Positions 12,490-26,080 of a stretch of DNA of 64,000 nt are shown in pieces. A model generated the notes under the pieces. It did no database searches and was not told where the DNA came from. It saw nothing but the letters and a program-made list of their open reading frames with translations. The stretch comes from Rhizophagus irregularis (taxonomy: Eukaryota). The DNA is taken from the NCBI RefSeq assembly GCF_026210795.1, contig NC_089429.1, positions 7,192,001-7,256,000 of the forward strand, given 5' to 3'. The position numbers were made by a program, and so were the translations under genes. Each line of letters starts with the position of its first letter. Position 1 is the stretch's first letter.

Positions 12490-15400
12490 GATGCCTTTGT
12501 GATGAATAAAATGAGTGATCACGTGAAATTCACTTTCACGTGGAAAAGATCTATCTACATACATGATTTTGTAACTGAACTTCGATAAAAGTTGAGTTAG
12601 CCTGTTGTTTATACTTTCAAATTTTTTACTTTTTTTAACAATAAATAAAAGTGGTGAATAATATTTATTATTTGAATTTCCTTTCACACTTGTTTTCCGT
12701 AAATCTCCTTTAAATGAGGGTATGTATATTTTTAAAATTATAAATATAAAGTCTAATAAATAAAAAAAGGATTTAAACCGCATTTGCTTTTTTTAATACA
12801 TAAATTTAGTGCATAATTTTGCATTGTTCAATCTAAATTGGTTGTTTAGCGGCTGCATTACTTACTGTATCACCCTCTCATTTATAAAAAGTTGTTCAAT
12901 AACGCCAAGAAAGCAACTTAATCTTTAAAATCTGAAGTTTTAAGAAAATGATGTAAGTTATAAACAAACCCAAGCCTCCGAAGCTAAAGCCTCTGCTTCA
13001 AAATCCACTACTACACCAATCAATCAACACGGTTTAATCGAAAATAAAACACCAAAGTTGAAGACAAACCTAACAACCAGGAAATAACGCGATCGCTTTA
13101 ATACAACTAAACCTAATTTAAGTAAAGATGATAGTTCTATATCAATAGAGAAACATATTCCCAAACTATTTGTTCACATGCCAACCACCGATAGTTAGTA
13201 TGATTGTGGATGAGCCACTAAAATATTATTAGTGTAGATGAGAATAGAATTGATGAATCACCAAATATTATTAATATCTAATTTGCTCGGTCTTTTACCA
13301 ATCCTGAACCAACAATAATTAGAAGAACTTAACAGAGCCGACCAAGAACTTACAAACTCTTAGCTATTTGTGTATAGTAAAGGAATTAATTTGACTAATA
13401 TAATTTCCAAGCTGGCTATAACAAACCCTAAAACTAAAGATTCCCTGTCAACTGAGAGAAATTCAAAGTCACATATAACTAAAATTTCCGCTGGTAGAAG
13501 CGAAGATTATGAAAGCTATATTCGTACTCTTTGAACAACGTATCATTAGTTACGACACATATAAATAGGCGAGATTACACAAAAACCAAAAAAACGCAAT
13601 CTTTTTTTAATATAGATAGGATAAAGGGTAAGTTACCGATCGTAGTGGATGTAACTCTGTTTGTGGATTATTTTAATAATAACTTTATTTAAGTTAATGT
13701 TAACATATTCTTTCTTGATTATATAGATATCGAAATTCTTTGTAACCTCAAGTCTTAATTATTATAGAAACTTGGCGAGATATTGTAAGGACAGCGCATA
13801 TACTTGATCAACTTGAAAGCAAACGTCCGATTTAGGAGAAAGACAATTTAAGAATCCAATTAAAATTTGAAGAATTAATTAACAAGACCCGTAAAGTACT
13901 CAATGATTTGGGCAATGGCCGAACCATTGGTAGGAATTGATTTTTGCTATTTTTTTTTTTTTTGTTTTATGCTAATTTTTCAGCATTGGATCGTTATTTT
14001 CAGACCTATTTATTGGAAGTTTGATATGCCGAGTGTGGTGGCAAATTGTCCATCAAAAGGCATATAAGAGATGTAAGGAACACGCTTTCACGATCTCCTA
14101 TGAGCTACATTATCAATAATTCATTGGCAGATATCCAGGATAATTTTCATTAACAAAGGATATATTTTTAATTACAATAAATCGCCTAACTCGATTAATT
14201 TATCCCAAAGTCATAGGAAAGAATTGGGTCATTAAAAGGATTAGGATTGGGACTAGGATTTGGGTTGGGATTAAATTAGAATTATTAGAATTAGCTATAA
14301 TTATTCATCCTGACTATTTGGGAACTTAACATGCGTACTAACGGAAACAACAGTACATTATTACTTCTCTTTCATTAGTAATTGTTATCCCATTTAATAA
14401 AGTTCGCAACCTAAGCATATGCATGATCATATAAAAAATTTATATACAGTATATTGTTATTCATATAAATTATAATGGTACCAACTTAGGAAGCTAATCT
14501 ATTTTTGTATATAAGTCTACCTTTTTAAAAAAAAAGAAATCTTCAAACTTTGAAGAGAAATAATAAATTAATAAAGTCAAATTTTTAGTAAATCCAATAT
14601 TATATAAAAGTGTTATCGCCATCGATCAAAAATTAATATGATAAAATTGAGAGAATATGCGATCAGTCTTATGAATAATACTATGAACATTCTCTGAAAA
14701 AATTCCGTATTTTCGAACATCAATATGAAGTGGAAAGGGCCATCATCCGTTGTGGCTTTGACCGCTAGGGAAATTGACAAAGCCGCCTAAGATGTTATTT
14801 TCTATTATCTAAGAATCGTATTTAATAAATATAATGAATTATCTTATCAGTTATTTTCTGCAGTTGTGTCAATCCAAGGTATAGCAAAACATCATCATCA
14901 TCAATAAATACTGAAAATATTCATTGCCTTAAGCGCTCAGCTAACAGTTAATTACTAAGTAAAATTTTTATCCATTTCAGTAAGTGGTGTTTGCTATTTT
15001 GCTGTAAGAAGAAATGAAAGGATTTAAATTTAAATTCAGAAATTCAACTTTAGCTCATAGTTCAAATAAAGATCTAAAAATCTAGTGATCGGAGGCTTAG
15101 AAATTTTGTTTGATCACAATAATTGTCACACCATGGAATCGCGTACAGTTCTTTTATTTCGAACTTTGTCGTATTAATTTGTTAATAACAATGTCTTAAT
15201 TTATTAAACATTCATACCACTTGCCTCTAATTTTCGATCGCCAACCAATCTTTTGAGCTTGTATGAAGACGACATTGAGCGAATGCGTTTGCCTCGTCTT
15301 GGGGTAAAATTGGCAAAGATTATTCACCTGAATATTTAGTGAATTAACACAACAATAATGTTTCTTTGATTCCCAATTTTACGCTTGATCTCCACCGAGA

Positions 15401-17199
15401 AATATTATTGGATCTTTTAATGGTACGCGTTAATTACTTTTCAATTCAATTTCTATTGAATGCACTCTTGACCGTGCTTAACAATATTTTTAAGACAATA
15501 GGATATCGTCTTTGAATCCTAAAAACTTATGCTGCTTGAAATTCGTGAAAGATCTATAGATCCGCTTTTATCAATATATATTTTTTTGTGGCGGGAGTGA
15601 AGAATCCTGCGAATCTGAGAACTCTCCTCTCCCTTTGGATCTGGTGCCAATCTTTCAGATAAATTAAAAGATCCTAGCATTTGAGTTCTTAATCTTTCAC
15701 GCGAATAAAATATATTCAAATACTTAAGAGGATTTGAAGTTTATCAACAGAATCAAGATAGCGAGGCATTACTTCTGCAAACCATGGAAATCAGATCCGT
15801 TTTTAGAAATGACCAATACTTTTTCTACAAGCATGATCCAAATGAATTTCTGGGAATGCCCCATGGGTCTTAATTCACATGTCCTGGCAAATAATGATCC
15901 TCGACAAGAAATACTAGATCCATAGCTTCCTAATGGATCTCGATTCTAGTTCAGTATAAGGAGATTCTCAACGCAGGGATGTCTTTTCAGTACATCCTTT
16001 CTGCAACTCAACTAAAGTCTTTTCGCTTTCCTTTTCGAAAATATCTACCGAATTACTTACGGGATCAGATTGTGTGTCAGGATATTATTTCCCAGAATAT
16101 GTTATGATTGGTATAGTTTGATGGAAATCAATTTACTATTTGTTATTTAATCGTGATCTGTGAATAAGCTCATATAGAGAAAAATTTTCAACACTATTGC
16201 TATATATCGTTCTACGATTATGAGAGATTCATGATATGGTGGATGGTCATCCTGTTAGACAGAAACGTATGAAAAATACGGTCTATGAAGGAAATGGAAC
16301 TCAAATTAGGTGAATGAACACGTAGAACCATGAGTAAATAAAGGTGCTGATCAAGAAAATGAAATAAAATAAATAAATCATATTAAATATAATTTCGCAT
16401 TCAGTTTGAAATTCAATTAGCTTATCCGATACATACAATAGTGAGATGTCCTCTAACATCAGTCATTCATCGGTTATCACCAGACCTGTATTGGAATACT
16501 TTGGTCTTAAATAGTACGCAAATTAATTAAATTTAACTTTAGGTAAAAATAGATGCCGCTCTTACTTCTTATACCCAGGGAATAAATCAACTCACTAGTC
16601 AATATACTTTCCACTAGCTTGATTGTGATGTACCACTGATAACAATATCATGTTGCTTTACAGGCGATTCAAAACGCTAAGTCATTTTGGCTAGCATTAA
16701 CACTATGGAGCTACCTCCATTATTTTTTTCAACACACCTCGTTAAATAAATAGTAGGCTTTACAATTGGATTCGTGATAACGTATGTTGAAATTCAAAAA
16801 AAAACCAACAAGTTAATATGATAAATACTTAATAGAAATTCTAATTCAGTACAAAATGCATACTTTTAGAAAGGTCGGTTAAGGAGTTTTTTAAATATTG
16901 GTTTTATATTTCTTCCATTCCAATCAACATGAAAAAACATTTTAGCTTTTTTCTTTTTAAAAATAAAAAAATTAACGCGTTTCCCCATGTGGATAAAATT
17001 TCAAATATTGGGATGATCGATGATCACTGCGCCGGCAATCGAAATATTGCAAAAGGAGAAGTGGTGGAACGTAGTAGTGGTGAATTTCGTATACCTTAGT
17101 AGGTGTTAATAAACCTGTTTCTCTTTTAGAAATGACACGTAAATTCTCTAGTATTGAAGATTTGGATCTTTAATTACTGAAGATCCTTTTGTTTCGTCA

Positions 17200-18960
17200 T
17201 ATTTTAAAATATACAGAAAACCAAAACCTCCATCTAGGATCTTTCGGGTCAGAGTTCTTTCATTATAATATGTTTCAGATGAATAATTCTATTTTCGGAG
17301 TAAAGGAACAGACCAAAAATAAAATAGAATTTTTATTCAAACCTTTACTAAGATTAAATGATCAGAGTAAGCTTTTAATTTCTTTTCTTTCTTTTAATAC
17401 ACATATAGATATACACATATAGATATATAATAATTTTTTTTTATCTGTAGATGCTGAATTTAATTGTCTTGTAATTGAGTCAGCAAAGCCAGCTGATCCT
17501 TCAATCAAAGATATTATGACCAAATTAACCATTCCAGTAAAGTTATCTACTGTGAATGTTTCAATATTTCAACTAAATGATGATAAATATAAACCAAATT
17601 TATTACGACAAACATTTTCAGGAGAATGTGTTAACAAATTAATTCTGGCTCTTAAACCATTATCAGATAGCATTAACTGATTTGCCCAAAATTGTTATAG
17701 TAATTTTTATGAAAAGTTAAGTCAATTGAATTGGGGTCCATTTGCACCAAGATCATTTGGAATTTTTCCAATGATTTCTATAAATTATAATATTATTAGC
17801 AAGATTCTAAACTATGTACTATTGGAAGTGATAACTACACAGTACATATTCCAATTTTTGACAACATTTCAATTTAGTTACAGGATTACTTCGATTAAAT
17901 GAAGAAGGAAGTTTGAAATTTCTTCAAATGAATCATTCAGTATTTTCAAAAATATGATTCAAGAATTTTCTAAAATAATTCCAGTAACTGAATAGAGGTT
18001 ATCAACAAATGGTAAATGGCAATATGACCTACTTCTCTGAAAAAAGTATTATTATCATTTAACATGATTGAAGCTAAAGATTATACAATCAAATCAAATT
18101 TCCAAATAATATTTAATAATAATCTAAATACTTTAATCAAAAAAAGGGTTTACTGCACTTTCATTCAATGAATATACGTCTTTAATTGATGAAAGTGCAC
18201 CTTTTTACAATAATCCGTAAGTGTATTCATTAAATATTTTTAACTTTTTTTTTTGTAAATGATTAAATTTTACTTCTATTACTTTACAGGAGATTAAAGA
18301 ATTTTATCTATTGATTATAATACTTATAGTAGCTTTAGTAGTATTGATAATATTATAGTATATTTTGGCATATTTAAAAAATCTTGAAAATAAAACTTTG
18401 CAATATTTGAAATCTTACAAGATTTTGCTGTGAATCTAGCATTCATATTATTAAAAGTTAAAAATACATCACATTTGATAATTGTAAGAAATTTCATTTA
18501 ATATTATTTTATTTAATTGATTACTAATTTTCTTATTTATTATTATTTAGTATGATATTCTTTGTTTTACCTATTGTAATCAATATTTTATTAGCCATAA
18601 ATATTTTTGTATTTGAAATGGCAATGAATCCATCATTCTTTAAATGGATTTCTGATATGCATATTACTTTTAGCCATTAATATACAAGTATTAAATACTT
18701 TATTATTAGATTTATTTGGCCTTAAAATATGTTTAGCTCTTTTGACTTAAAGATCAAAAAAAATAATGCTTTGAGTAATATCATAAACATTTTTATTGAA
18801 GATATATCTCAAATCATTATCCAAGAATTATATTACAAGTTATATTACAATAGTGTTATAACATATGATCTTATTTCATCTCTTACACTTGATTAATTAT
18901 AGTAAATATTAATTTTAAGATCATATCATACGTTATTATTAAGATGGAATCATTGACACA
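17200..18960 (+). pseudogene. Glomeromycotina-type multi-pass membrane protein pseudogene
   Basis: Reads PVKLSTVNVSIFQL...LLRQTFSG|DSKLCTIGSDNYTVHIPIF, then hydrophobic exons and NIFIEDISQIIIQELYY. Introns at ~17367-17450, ~18217-18289 and ~18483-18550. Frameshifts throughout; the 5' boundary is uncertain. Confidence 0.55.
17626..17804 (+). other. 179-bp inserted fragment resembling a TET/JBP-like 2OG-Fe(II) dioxygenase
   Basis: Reads CVNKLILALKPLSDSIN*FAQNCYSNFYEKLSQLNWGPFAPRSFGIFPMISINYNIIS and ends just before where an HxD motif would be expected. The host reading resumes on the other side; 'aga' occurs at both junctions. Confidence 0.55.
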
Positions 18961-19004
18961 ATAAAATTAGAGAATATAATAAATTAAAATTTATAAAGTT
19001 AAAT

Positions 19005-19435
19005 ATTGAGAATTAAAGCAGAGAAAAAAGATCTTGCCAAAAATTTTAATTTATAAACAATCTAATTAGATGAAAAAAATATATAGTAATTTTTAAATAC
19101 TATTAATTTAATAAAATACTAATATTAAGATTTTTAAAAAAGTAGTAGATAAAATTAAAATCCATAAAATTAAATATATATTAAGAATTAAAGCAAAGAA
19201 AAAAGATCTTGCTGAAAATTTTGATTTATAAAAAATTTAATTAAATAAAAAAAATATATAGTAAATAGATTGTAAAATATTTTAACTTTTAAATACTATT
19301 AATTTAATAAAAATACCAATATTATTAAGACTTTAAAATTAAAGCAAAGAAAAAAATCTTGTGATTTATAAAAAATCTAGTAAATAAATTGTGAAATATT
19401 TTTAATTTTTTAAATACTATTAATTTAATAAAATA
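19005..19435. repeat. ~3 degenerate tandem copies of a ~150-180-bp AT-rich unit
   Basis: aattaaagca(g/a)agaaaaaa(g)atcttg...ttttaaatactattaatttaataaaata recurs at ~19010, ~19185 and ~19335. Confidence 0.7.
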
Positions 19436-19900
19436 TTTTAAACCGCCATTTACACTATAAATTTTTCTGACTTTCAATTTTTTAAAATTAATAATATATA
19501 TTAATAAGTAATAAGATTTACACTATATGTAAAATGAAGATCATTGCCATACTTTAACAAGTAATATCTCACTATCTAAAGGTCCGTTGCACTCCATTTT
19601 TTTTTTTGCAAATTCCCCTTAATTAGGAGAATTTAATTTTGGGTATTATTTTACTATAAAATTTTTTGATTTAATGTAGTTTAAGAAAAACTGTTATAAT
19701 AAAAACTGTAAAATCTATATGTTTTATAGTAATTTTTAATTATATTCATTAAATAAATTAATCAATTTATTACTAAAAAGTATTGACTTTTTTTAATTTT
19801 AATTAATAATTTAAGCTATTTAATAATTAATTTTACATTTTTTTATTATAAAAGCATAATATAATTTTGTGAAAATTTTGATTTTTTTAAAAATTTTAAA

Positions 19901-20112
19901 AAGTGGCAAAAAGAATGCACCAAGTTGTTTTGATTTAATGTTATGTAATTAAAAAACTAATTAGTAAATTAATATTAAATTTTATGTTTTTTAGTAGGCC
20001 AAACCATATATTATTTAAGTTTTAAATTTTATTTTAATTGAATTTAAATTGATTTAATAAGAACAATTAATAATTTTAAAAAAGTTTGGTGCATTTTTTT
20101 TGATGTCCACTG
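19901..20112. mobile_element. Degenerate Tc1/mariner-like MITE cutting the 3' end of the Plavaka gene
   Basis: Right end ggtgcattttttttgatgtccactg followed by TA; weaker left match aagtggcaaaaagaatgcacc. Confidence 0.4.
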
Positions 20113-23100
20113 TATATTTATTTAATAGAAAGCAATTTTCTTTGTTAAACCTCAGAATTATATGAACCTCCTGATTGATAGATTCAACTGGAATAATGTT
20201 ATATTCTTCAGTATAGAATAATTGGGAGTAACCATAGACTATAGGCTCTATTGGATGAATGTCAAACTAACGAACAAGAGCAAGTTCATATGGCTCTTTA
20301 TATGATCCTCAAAAGAATTTTAAAAATAGCAATATCTTGAAAAGAAATAATTTGTAAAGAACTACGAAGTAAAATCGTATTTACAAATTTTTAAAGTTCA
20401 CTTACTTTTCTGTACTAAGCACCTTCGTCTTGTTCTTGATCCTCTGCATGAGTTACTGTGTCATTGCTAAACCATTCTTTTCCTTAGAATTCACCCGTTG
20501 ATTTTAGAATTTCTTCACTTTCTAGATGAACTGAATCATAAATTTTGATAAAAAAATCATTTTCTGAATCTTGCGAGGATGTGTCTAAAAAAGTATCTAA
20601 CGCTGTAATTATTTGTGCCAATCCTTCAATATAATTTGGATGTGGCAGATTTTCAGATTTTTTTAAAGATTTTATTTTTTCATTAATGGAGTCTAGATTT
20701 AATTCCCAAAGAATTTTTCCAAACCCTTCAGTTTTACGACGAATGAATTTCATGCTGCTAGTAGTTGGAGTTAATTCTTTACGCTTTACTTGCAAAAATA
20801 TTAATAGTTTAGTATTTATGATTGGAGAAAAGTTAAAAAAATCTTATAAAACTTTTACTAATAGCGTTCACCAGTTGTTGTATCATGTGTTTTCTATTTG
20901 TTGCTCAATATGGAATTTTAATATATAATTTATGGAGCGTTTCATAAATTTCTGTTGATAGGCCATTCAGTACACCATATTTGACAATGGCAGGTACTGA
21001 AATAATTAAATTAAATTAAAATTTGTATAAATTAATAGCCATCTTCAAATTATATTACCTGCACGATAACGCCAACTATGAAATTTTTAGGCAAACTTGC
21101 AATCTACTGTAGTAAATAATGGAGAGAATATCCTTCAGTTTTAAACTCGATGCACCAATCAATAATTGCTTCTTATTTTAATTAGTAATTAGATCATCTA
21201 TTAACTTTTAAAGAAAGTTAATTTTTTTAATTTTTTCTTTTTACTTCAAAGATATTCAGTTCATTTTCGGTATATGATTCTTGTCTGCTCATAGTATACA
21301 TTTTATTAAACTTTGTGTAAAGTTCACAAAGTTCTTTACAAGTTATTTCATTTTCTTCGCTGAAAATTTCATCTAAAGCAAAAATCGCTATCTTCATAAT
21401 ATGACAATAGTCTGATGCTGTCATTACTTTTAGTTGACCTACTTTACTTAACAATTTAAGGTCTGAAAAATGTAGAATTTATCAAAGATGTTCATCGAAA
21501 ATCTTCTGTAATTCCAACCCTTTGACCTTTTTTAAGATTTCTTGCGTAAACTCCAGTTGATATTTAAAAAGTCCAAGGTTGATATGATGCATACGGTTGG
21601 GAACGCATGCTTCGTAAATATTCAGATTTCTGTAAAAAATTTTATATATGTAAAAAAATTTTTACAATGTCATCATTACTTATAAAATTTAGTAATATTT
21701 ACAGAAATTCCCAGAAGGCATTTTTGACGTAATGTATATAATACTCCTTTCCTGTCCAGTGCTAACCATTTCCTTTATATTTTCATGAGTTCTGGAAAGT
21801 ATATCTTCTTGTGTAAGTTTTATATTGTTTAAGTTATTTTGCAGAACCATACAAGTATGGCATGGTATTTTACATCACGCTCCTTTATATGTAGTGGTCA
21901 CATTATCTGCTTCAAGCATATCCGCAAAAAAAAAGAAATTCGTGCAGCAAATGTTTTCGCTTGTCCATTAATCCCAAAACATAACGTATCAGATTTCTCC
22001 AGTAAAGATCAAAGCATGATATTAAAGCATTTGTGAAATATTTCACGCTGCAAACTTCAAAAGACTTCAGTAGTTTTAATGCCTAAATCTTGAACTTTAG
22101 GCAAAAAACCTAAAAGTATTTTAGATTCTGGTAGGTTTCAAACCCAATTTGGAACATTTTCAAGCGTTAAAAATACTGGATGGCCTGATGTCTTGCCCAG
22201 TCCATCGAAAGTAGTCCCATCTGAATATAAGATGATAAACAATAAGTGATTTAATGGTGAAAGAATCTTCTCCGTTTTCAGCCACCAGTCGCCTTTATAT
22301 GGCTCACCAAATACTTTTGTTTCGCTTCCATCATCCTAAGAATATAAACAACCAAAAATCTGAGTGATGATCTTCAGTTTCTTTTAGTTATTCATAATTA
22401 TTAAATTTATCTTTTTTTTCTTTAGAATTTCCTTATAGACAAAATTATTAGCTACTTCTGGTCGTTGCAGAAGAGCTTGAATAGCGCAAAATATAGGATG
22501 ATAATAGAGTGTAATGTCAATACCGCTGTAGGTTGAAACAACTTTTTTTTTGAAGTCTAATGAAGGTGAAGTTATTTGATTAAGATAGTCTTTGCCATTT
22601 TTGGTTGATTTCGGTAATGGAGATTCTTTCAGATTGTTATCCCTATAAAAAATATATATACGGTTAGTATACTGTATTTTCGTATTTTGCGAACAGTATA
22701 TTTATAGTATTATTACCGTATAATTACAGTATTTTCACATACTGTATATATTCGGTATTCTGCACACTGTATCATATATACGATTTGCATACAGTATATT
22801 TTTCCAGTTTCACCCGTATGTTTTATACTTGTAAACAGTAGAAAAACCGTATGTTTTATACCAATAAACAGTATATTGTTTTATATTTTATATTGCGAAC
22901 AGTATACTTTTCCAGGATAAACCGTATATTTTATACTGATAAACAGTACTTTTTTCCAGTTTAAACTGCATATTTTGTACTGATAAATAGTATATATTAT
23001 TCAATTAAATCGTATATTTTATATTTGCAAACAGAATTTAAAATGCATTTATAATCAATAAAATTTTTATTAAATAATATTAAATATACAAATATTTTTT

Positions 23101-23276
23101 TATAATAATATAAATAAAAAACTAGTATAAAATAATATACTATTTGTAAAAAAAATAATATTAGCAAAATATAAACAAAAAAAAAAGAAATTTAATTAGT
23201 AATATTATCATTATTTTAAATATAAAAAAGGAATAATAAAAGGTTAGTAAAAAAAAAGAAATTTAATTAGTAATAT

Positions 23277-23615
23277 GGATAAATCTAATTGTAACAGCCT
23301 GTTACGCGTCTTATTTGTAACAACCCCCAATTTTATCCAATTAAAATTTAAGATCAGGCGTAATGTAAACAAAAACAAAAGATCAGTCGTGTAACTAAGA
23401 CAAAAGAATTTTTTAAAAAATTTCAAGAAACTGCTTATAACTTAAAATTTTGTCTATGAAACTGTCTTAAATACATTAAGTAAAAGTTTTCCAAATTAAA
23501 TTTTGCATATAAAATTTTTATTTGTGAAACACACATTAAATTTATTATTAAAAAAAAATAAAAAAAGGATGTTACAAATAAGATATGTAACAGGCTGTTA
23601 CAAATACATTTTTTC
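23277..23615. mobile_element. Mutator-like MITE with 9-bp TSD
   Basis: TIR core tgtaacagcctgttac..gtcttatttgtaaca / tgttacaaataagatatgtaacaggctgttaca; G...C termini; TSD tagtaatat (23268-23276, 23616-23624). Confidence 0.85.
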
Positions 23616-24267
23616 TAGTAATATTATCATTATTTTAAATATAAAAAAGAAATAATAAAAAGTTAGTAATATTATTAATATATTAGTTAGATATAAAAAA
23701 GTAATAAAACGATAGTAGTAATGTTAGTAATATATTAAAAAAATTAAATAAAATACATAAAAGTAAAAAAAAAAATATAATTAATATATGTTAACATATA
23801 ATATTAATATAAAAATAAAAACATAAAACGGTGTACATATAGTTGTTTAATTAATATTGTTAAAATTCACCATTACAATTCCAGAGATATTAGTGAAAGT
23901 AATTGTTAATTGATATACGTGCATATCACTTTTTGTATAATTAGTAGTTTGGTACAAATATATATATTATATATTATCAAAATAAGTTTTTTATTTAATT
24001 TTTATTATTATATGTTAAAATAATTTTGGTATTCATTTTTATTGTCTTTTTTTTTCTAAAAAAAAAGAAGAGAAAAGAATATTTTTGAAAAAATAAACAA
24101 AAAATAAACAATAACGTGTTATTAATGCATGTGATCGGCGATCAGCTGAATTTTAATTGGTTAAATATAGAAATGCGAAAATTAAAAAGCAGAAGTATTT
24201 TTTTTAAAATTTAAATCATACAGATTGTTTTTAAAGTTTAATTAGTAATTTAAAAGTTCTTTTTTTT

Positions 24268-24530
24268 AATAAGAAAATTTGTAAAAATTTTTCTTAATAC
24301 TGCTTAATTTTTAAATTAAAGCCTTAATACTAAATTAGCTAAATTAGAATTAAGAAAATTTTGTGAGAATTTTCTTTGATACTGCTTAATTTTTAAATTA
24401 AAGCTTTAATATTAAATTAGTTAAATTAGAATTAAGCAGTATTAAGAAAAATTCGCAAGAATTTTCCTTGATACTGCTTAATTTTTAAATTAAAGCCTTA
24501 ATACTACTAAATTAGTTAAATTAGAATTAA
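24268..24530. repeat. ~3 copies of a 92-bp hairpin-containing repeat (array 1)
   Basis: Same unit as 25634-25880: aagcagtattaagaaaaattc-gcaa-gaattttccttgatactgctt plus an AT-rich linker. Confidence 0.85.
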
Positions 24531-25633
24531 CATATGGGCTGATTTATGGAATTAAGTTTTTATATTCAAAAAACTAACTTTATTAAGAAAATGCTAATAC
24601 AATTTACATGAAAATGATAGATTCACACCGCTGATATAAATAAAATTGATTTGATTATATTATTTTTTGATTTTTTTAATAATATCATTAAAATTAAAAA
24701 ATTTAAATATAATTGTCATGACAAAATATTGAATAACTTAACGTGTATGTGTGCTAGACGAATGAATTTATATTCATTAGAAAGAGGTAATCAAGAGCTA
24801 TCCATAAACCAAATATCACATGAATTGGATCACAAGTTGCTGAATAATTACGTTCAATATATTTATTTTTAACCTTTGACTTTGATCGTTAATATCTTCA
24901 CATCTAGTAATTCGATTTGAATAATCTTTTTTCGTTCAGGTAGAGTAGATTCTGGGCTTTCATATGAATATAAATATATGTGTTTAGAATACATGTACGC
25001 TGAGATATTAACGATTTTGTTAATTGAATAAAACTCTGACACAAAAATTTTTAAAATTATAATTCTTACCAAAAGATGATCTTTACAGGTATTATTGGGC
25101 TCTTTTTACTTTACTTAACAAGTTTTTATTTGCCATTTCTGTTTTAAATTGAATAAATTAATAAAATCAATTTTAAAAAGTAATTAACAAGTAGAATAAA
25201 ATTAGTATAGTAAAAAACAAAAAAAAACATCTCAAAAACTCTAAATCATAACTCACATTTTTATTTTGTATATATTTTTACTAAAAAAAAGAAGGAAATA
25301 AGGTTAAAAATAAATGAAAAAAGATTTTTCTTATTAATAAAAATTATTAATATTTGTTTTCTTACTTACTGATTAAAAAAACCTGCTATATATGCCTATA
25401 AACTTTTCTAAGTCACCTACCAAAAATCTGATTGAAAAGTGATTGAAAAGTGATTGAAAAAGAAAGTAGTTGCCATTGTTATTTTTGAATAAACGTTAAA
25501 AAATTTTTTTTTATTTTTTGATAGATTTAGATCATCTGATTATGTAACACATACAATTTAAGCTTGTGAAACATAATTCTTGTTAAAATGTGCAAATCTT
25601 TATGTTTGGCTAATTTCACGAATTGGCAGATAT

Positions 25634-25880
25634 AAGCAGTATTAAGAAAAATTCGCAAGAATTTTCCTTGATACTGCTTAATTTTTAAATTAAAACCTTA
25701 ATACTAAATTAGTTAAATTAGAATTAAGCAGTATTAAGAAAAATTCGCAAGAATTTTCCTTGATACTGCTTAATTTTTAAATTAAAACCTTAATACTAAA
25801 TTAGTTAAATTAGAATTAAGTAGTATTAAGAAAAATTCATGAGAATTTTCCTTAATACTGCTTAATTTTTAAATTATAAT
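25634..25880. repeat. ~3 copies of a 92-bp hairpin-containing repeat (array 2)
   Basis: Units start at 25634, 25726 and 25818; a degenerate hairpin follows at ~25950-25990. Confidence 0.9.
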
Positions 25881-26080
25881 TTATAAAAATGATTTATAAT
25901 TGAGTTTTGAATTTAGTATTATCAATCGGACTTTGAACTTAAAAATTAAACAGTATTAACAAAAATTCTTGTGAATTTTTTAATAATTGTGATTTTACAT
26001 CAGTGAGTTTTTGGGTAGTACATATTAGCAGATACTAGTATTGTTTGATGCTTTAAAGTGTAGAAAAACTTACTCTATCA

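Noticed and set aside
12424..12783. 119-aa minus-strand ORF
   Set aside because: It crosses the right TIR and has no recognisable motif.
12950..14260. Possible decayed gene with intron-like stretches
   Set aside because: There is no sustained frame or recognisable motif, so no call can be supported.
25634..25880. CRISPR-like array of palindromic repeats
   Set aside because: The sequences between hairpins are identical rather than unique spacers, there are no cas genes, and the context is eukaryotic.
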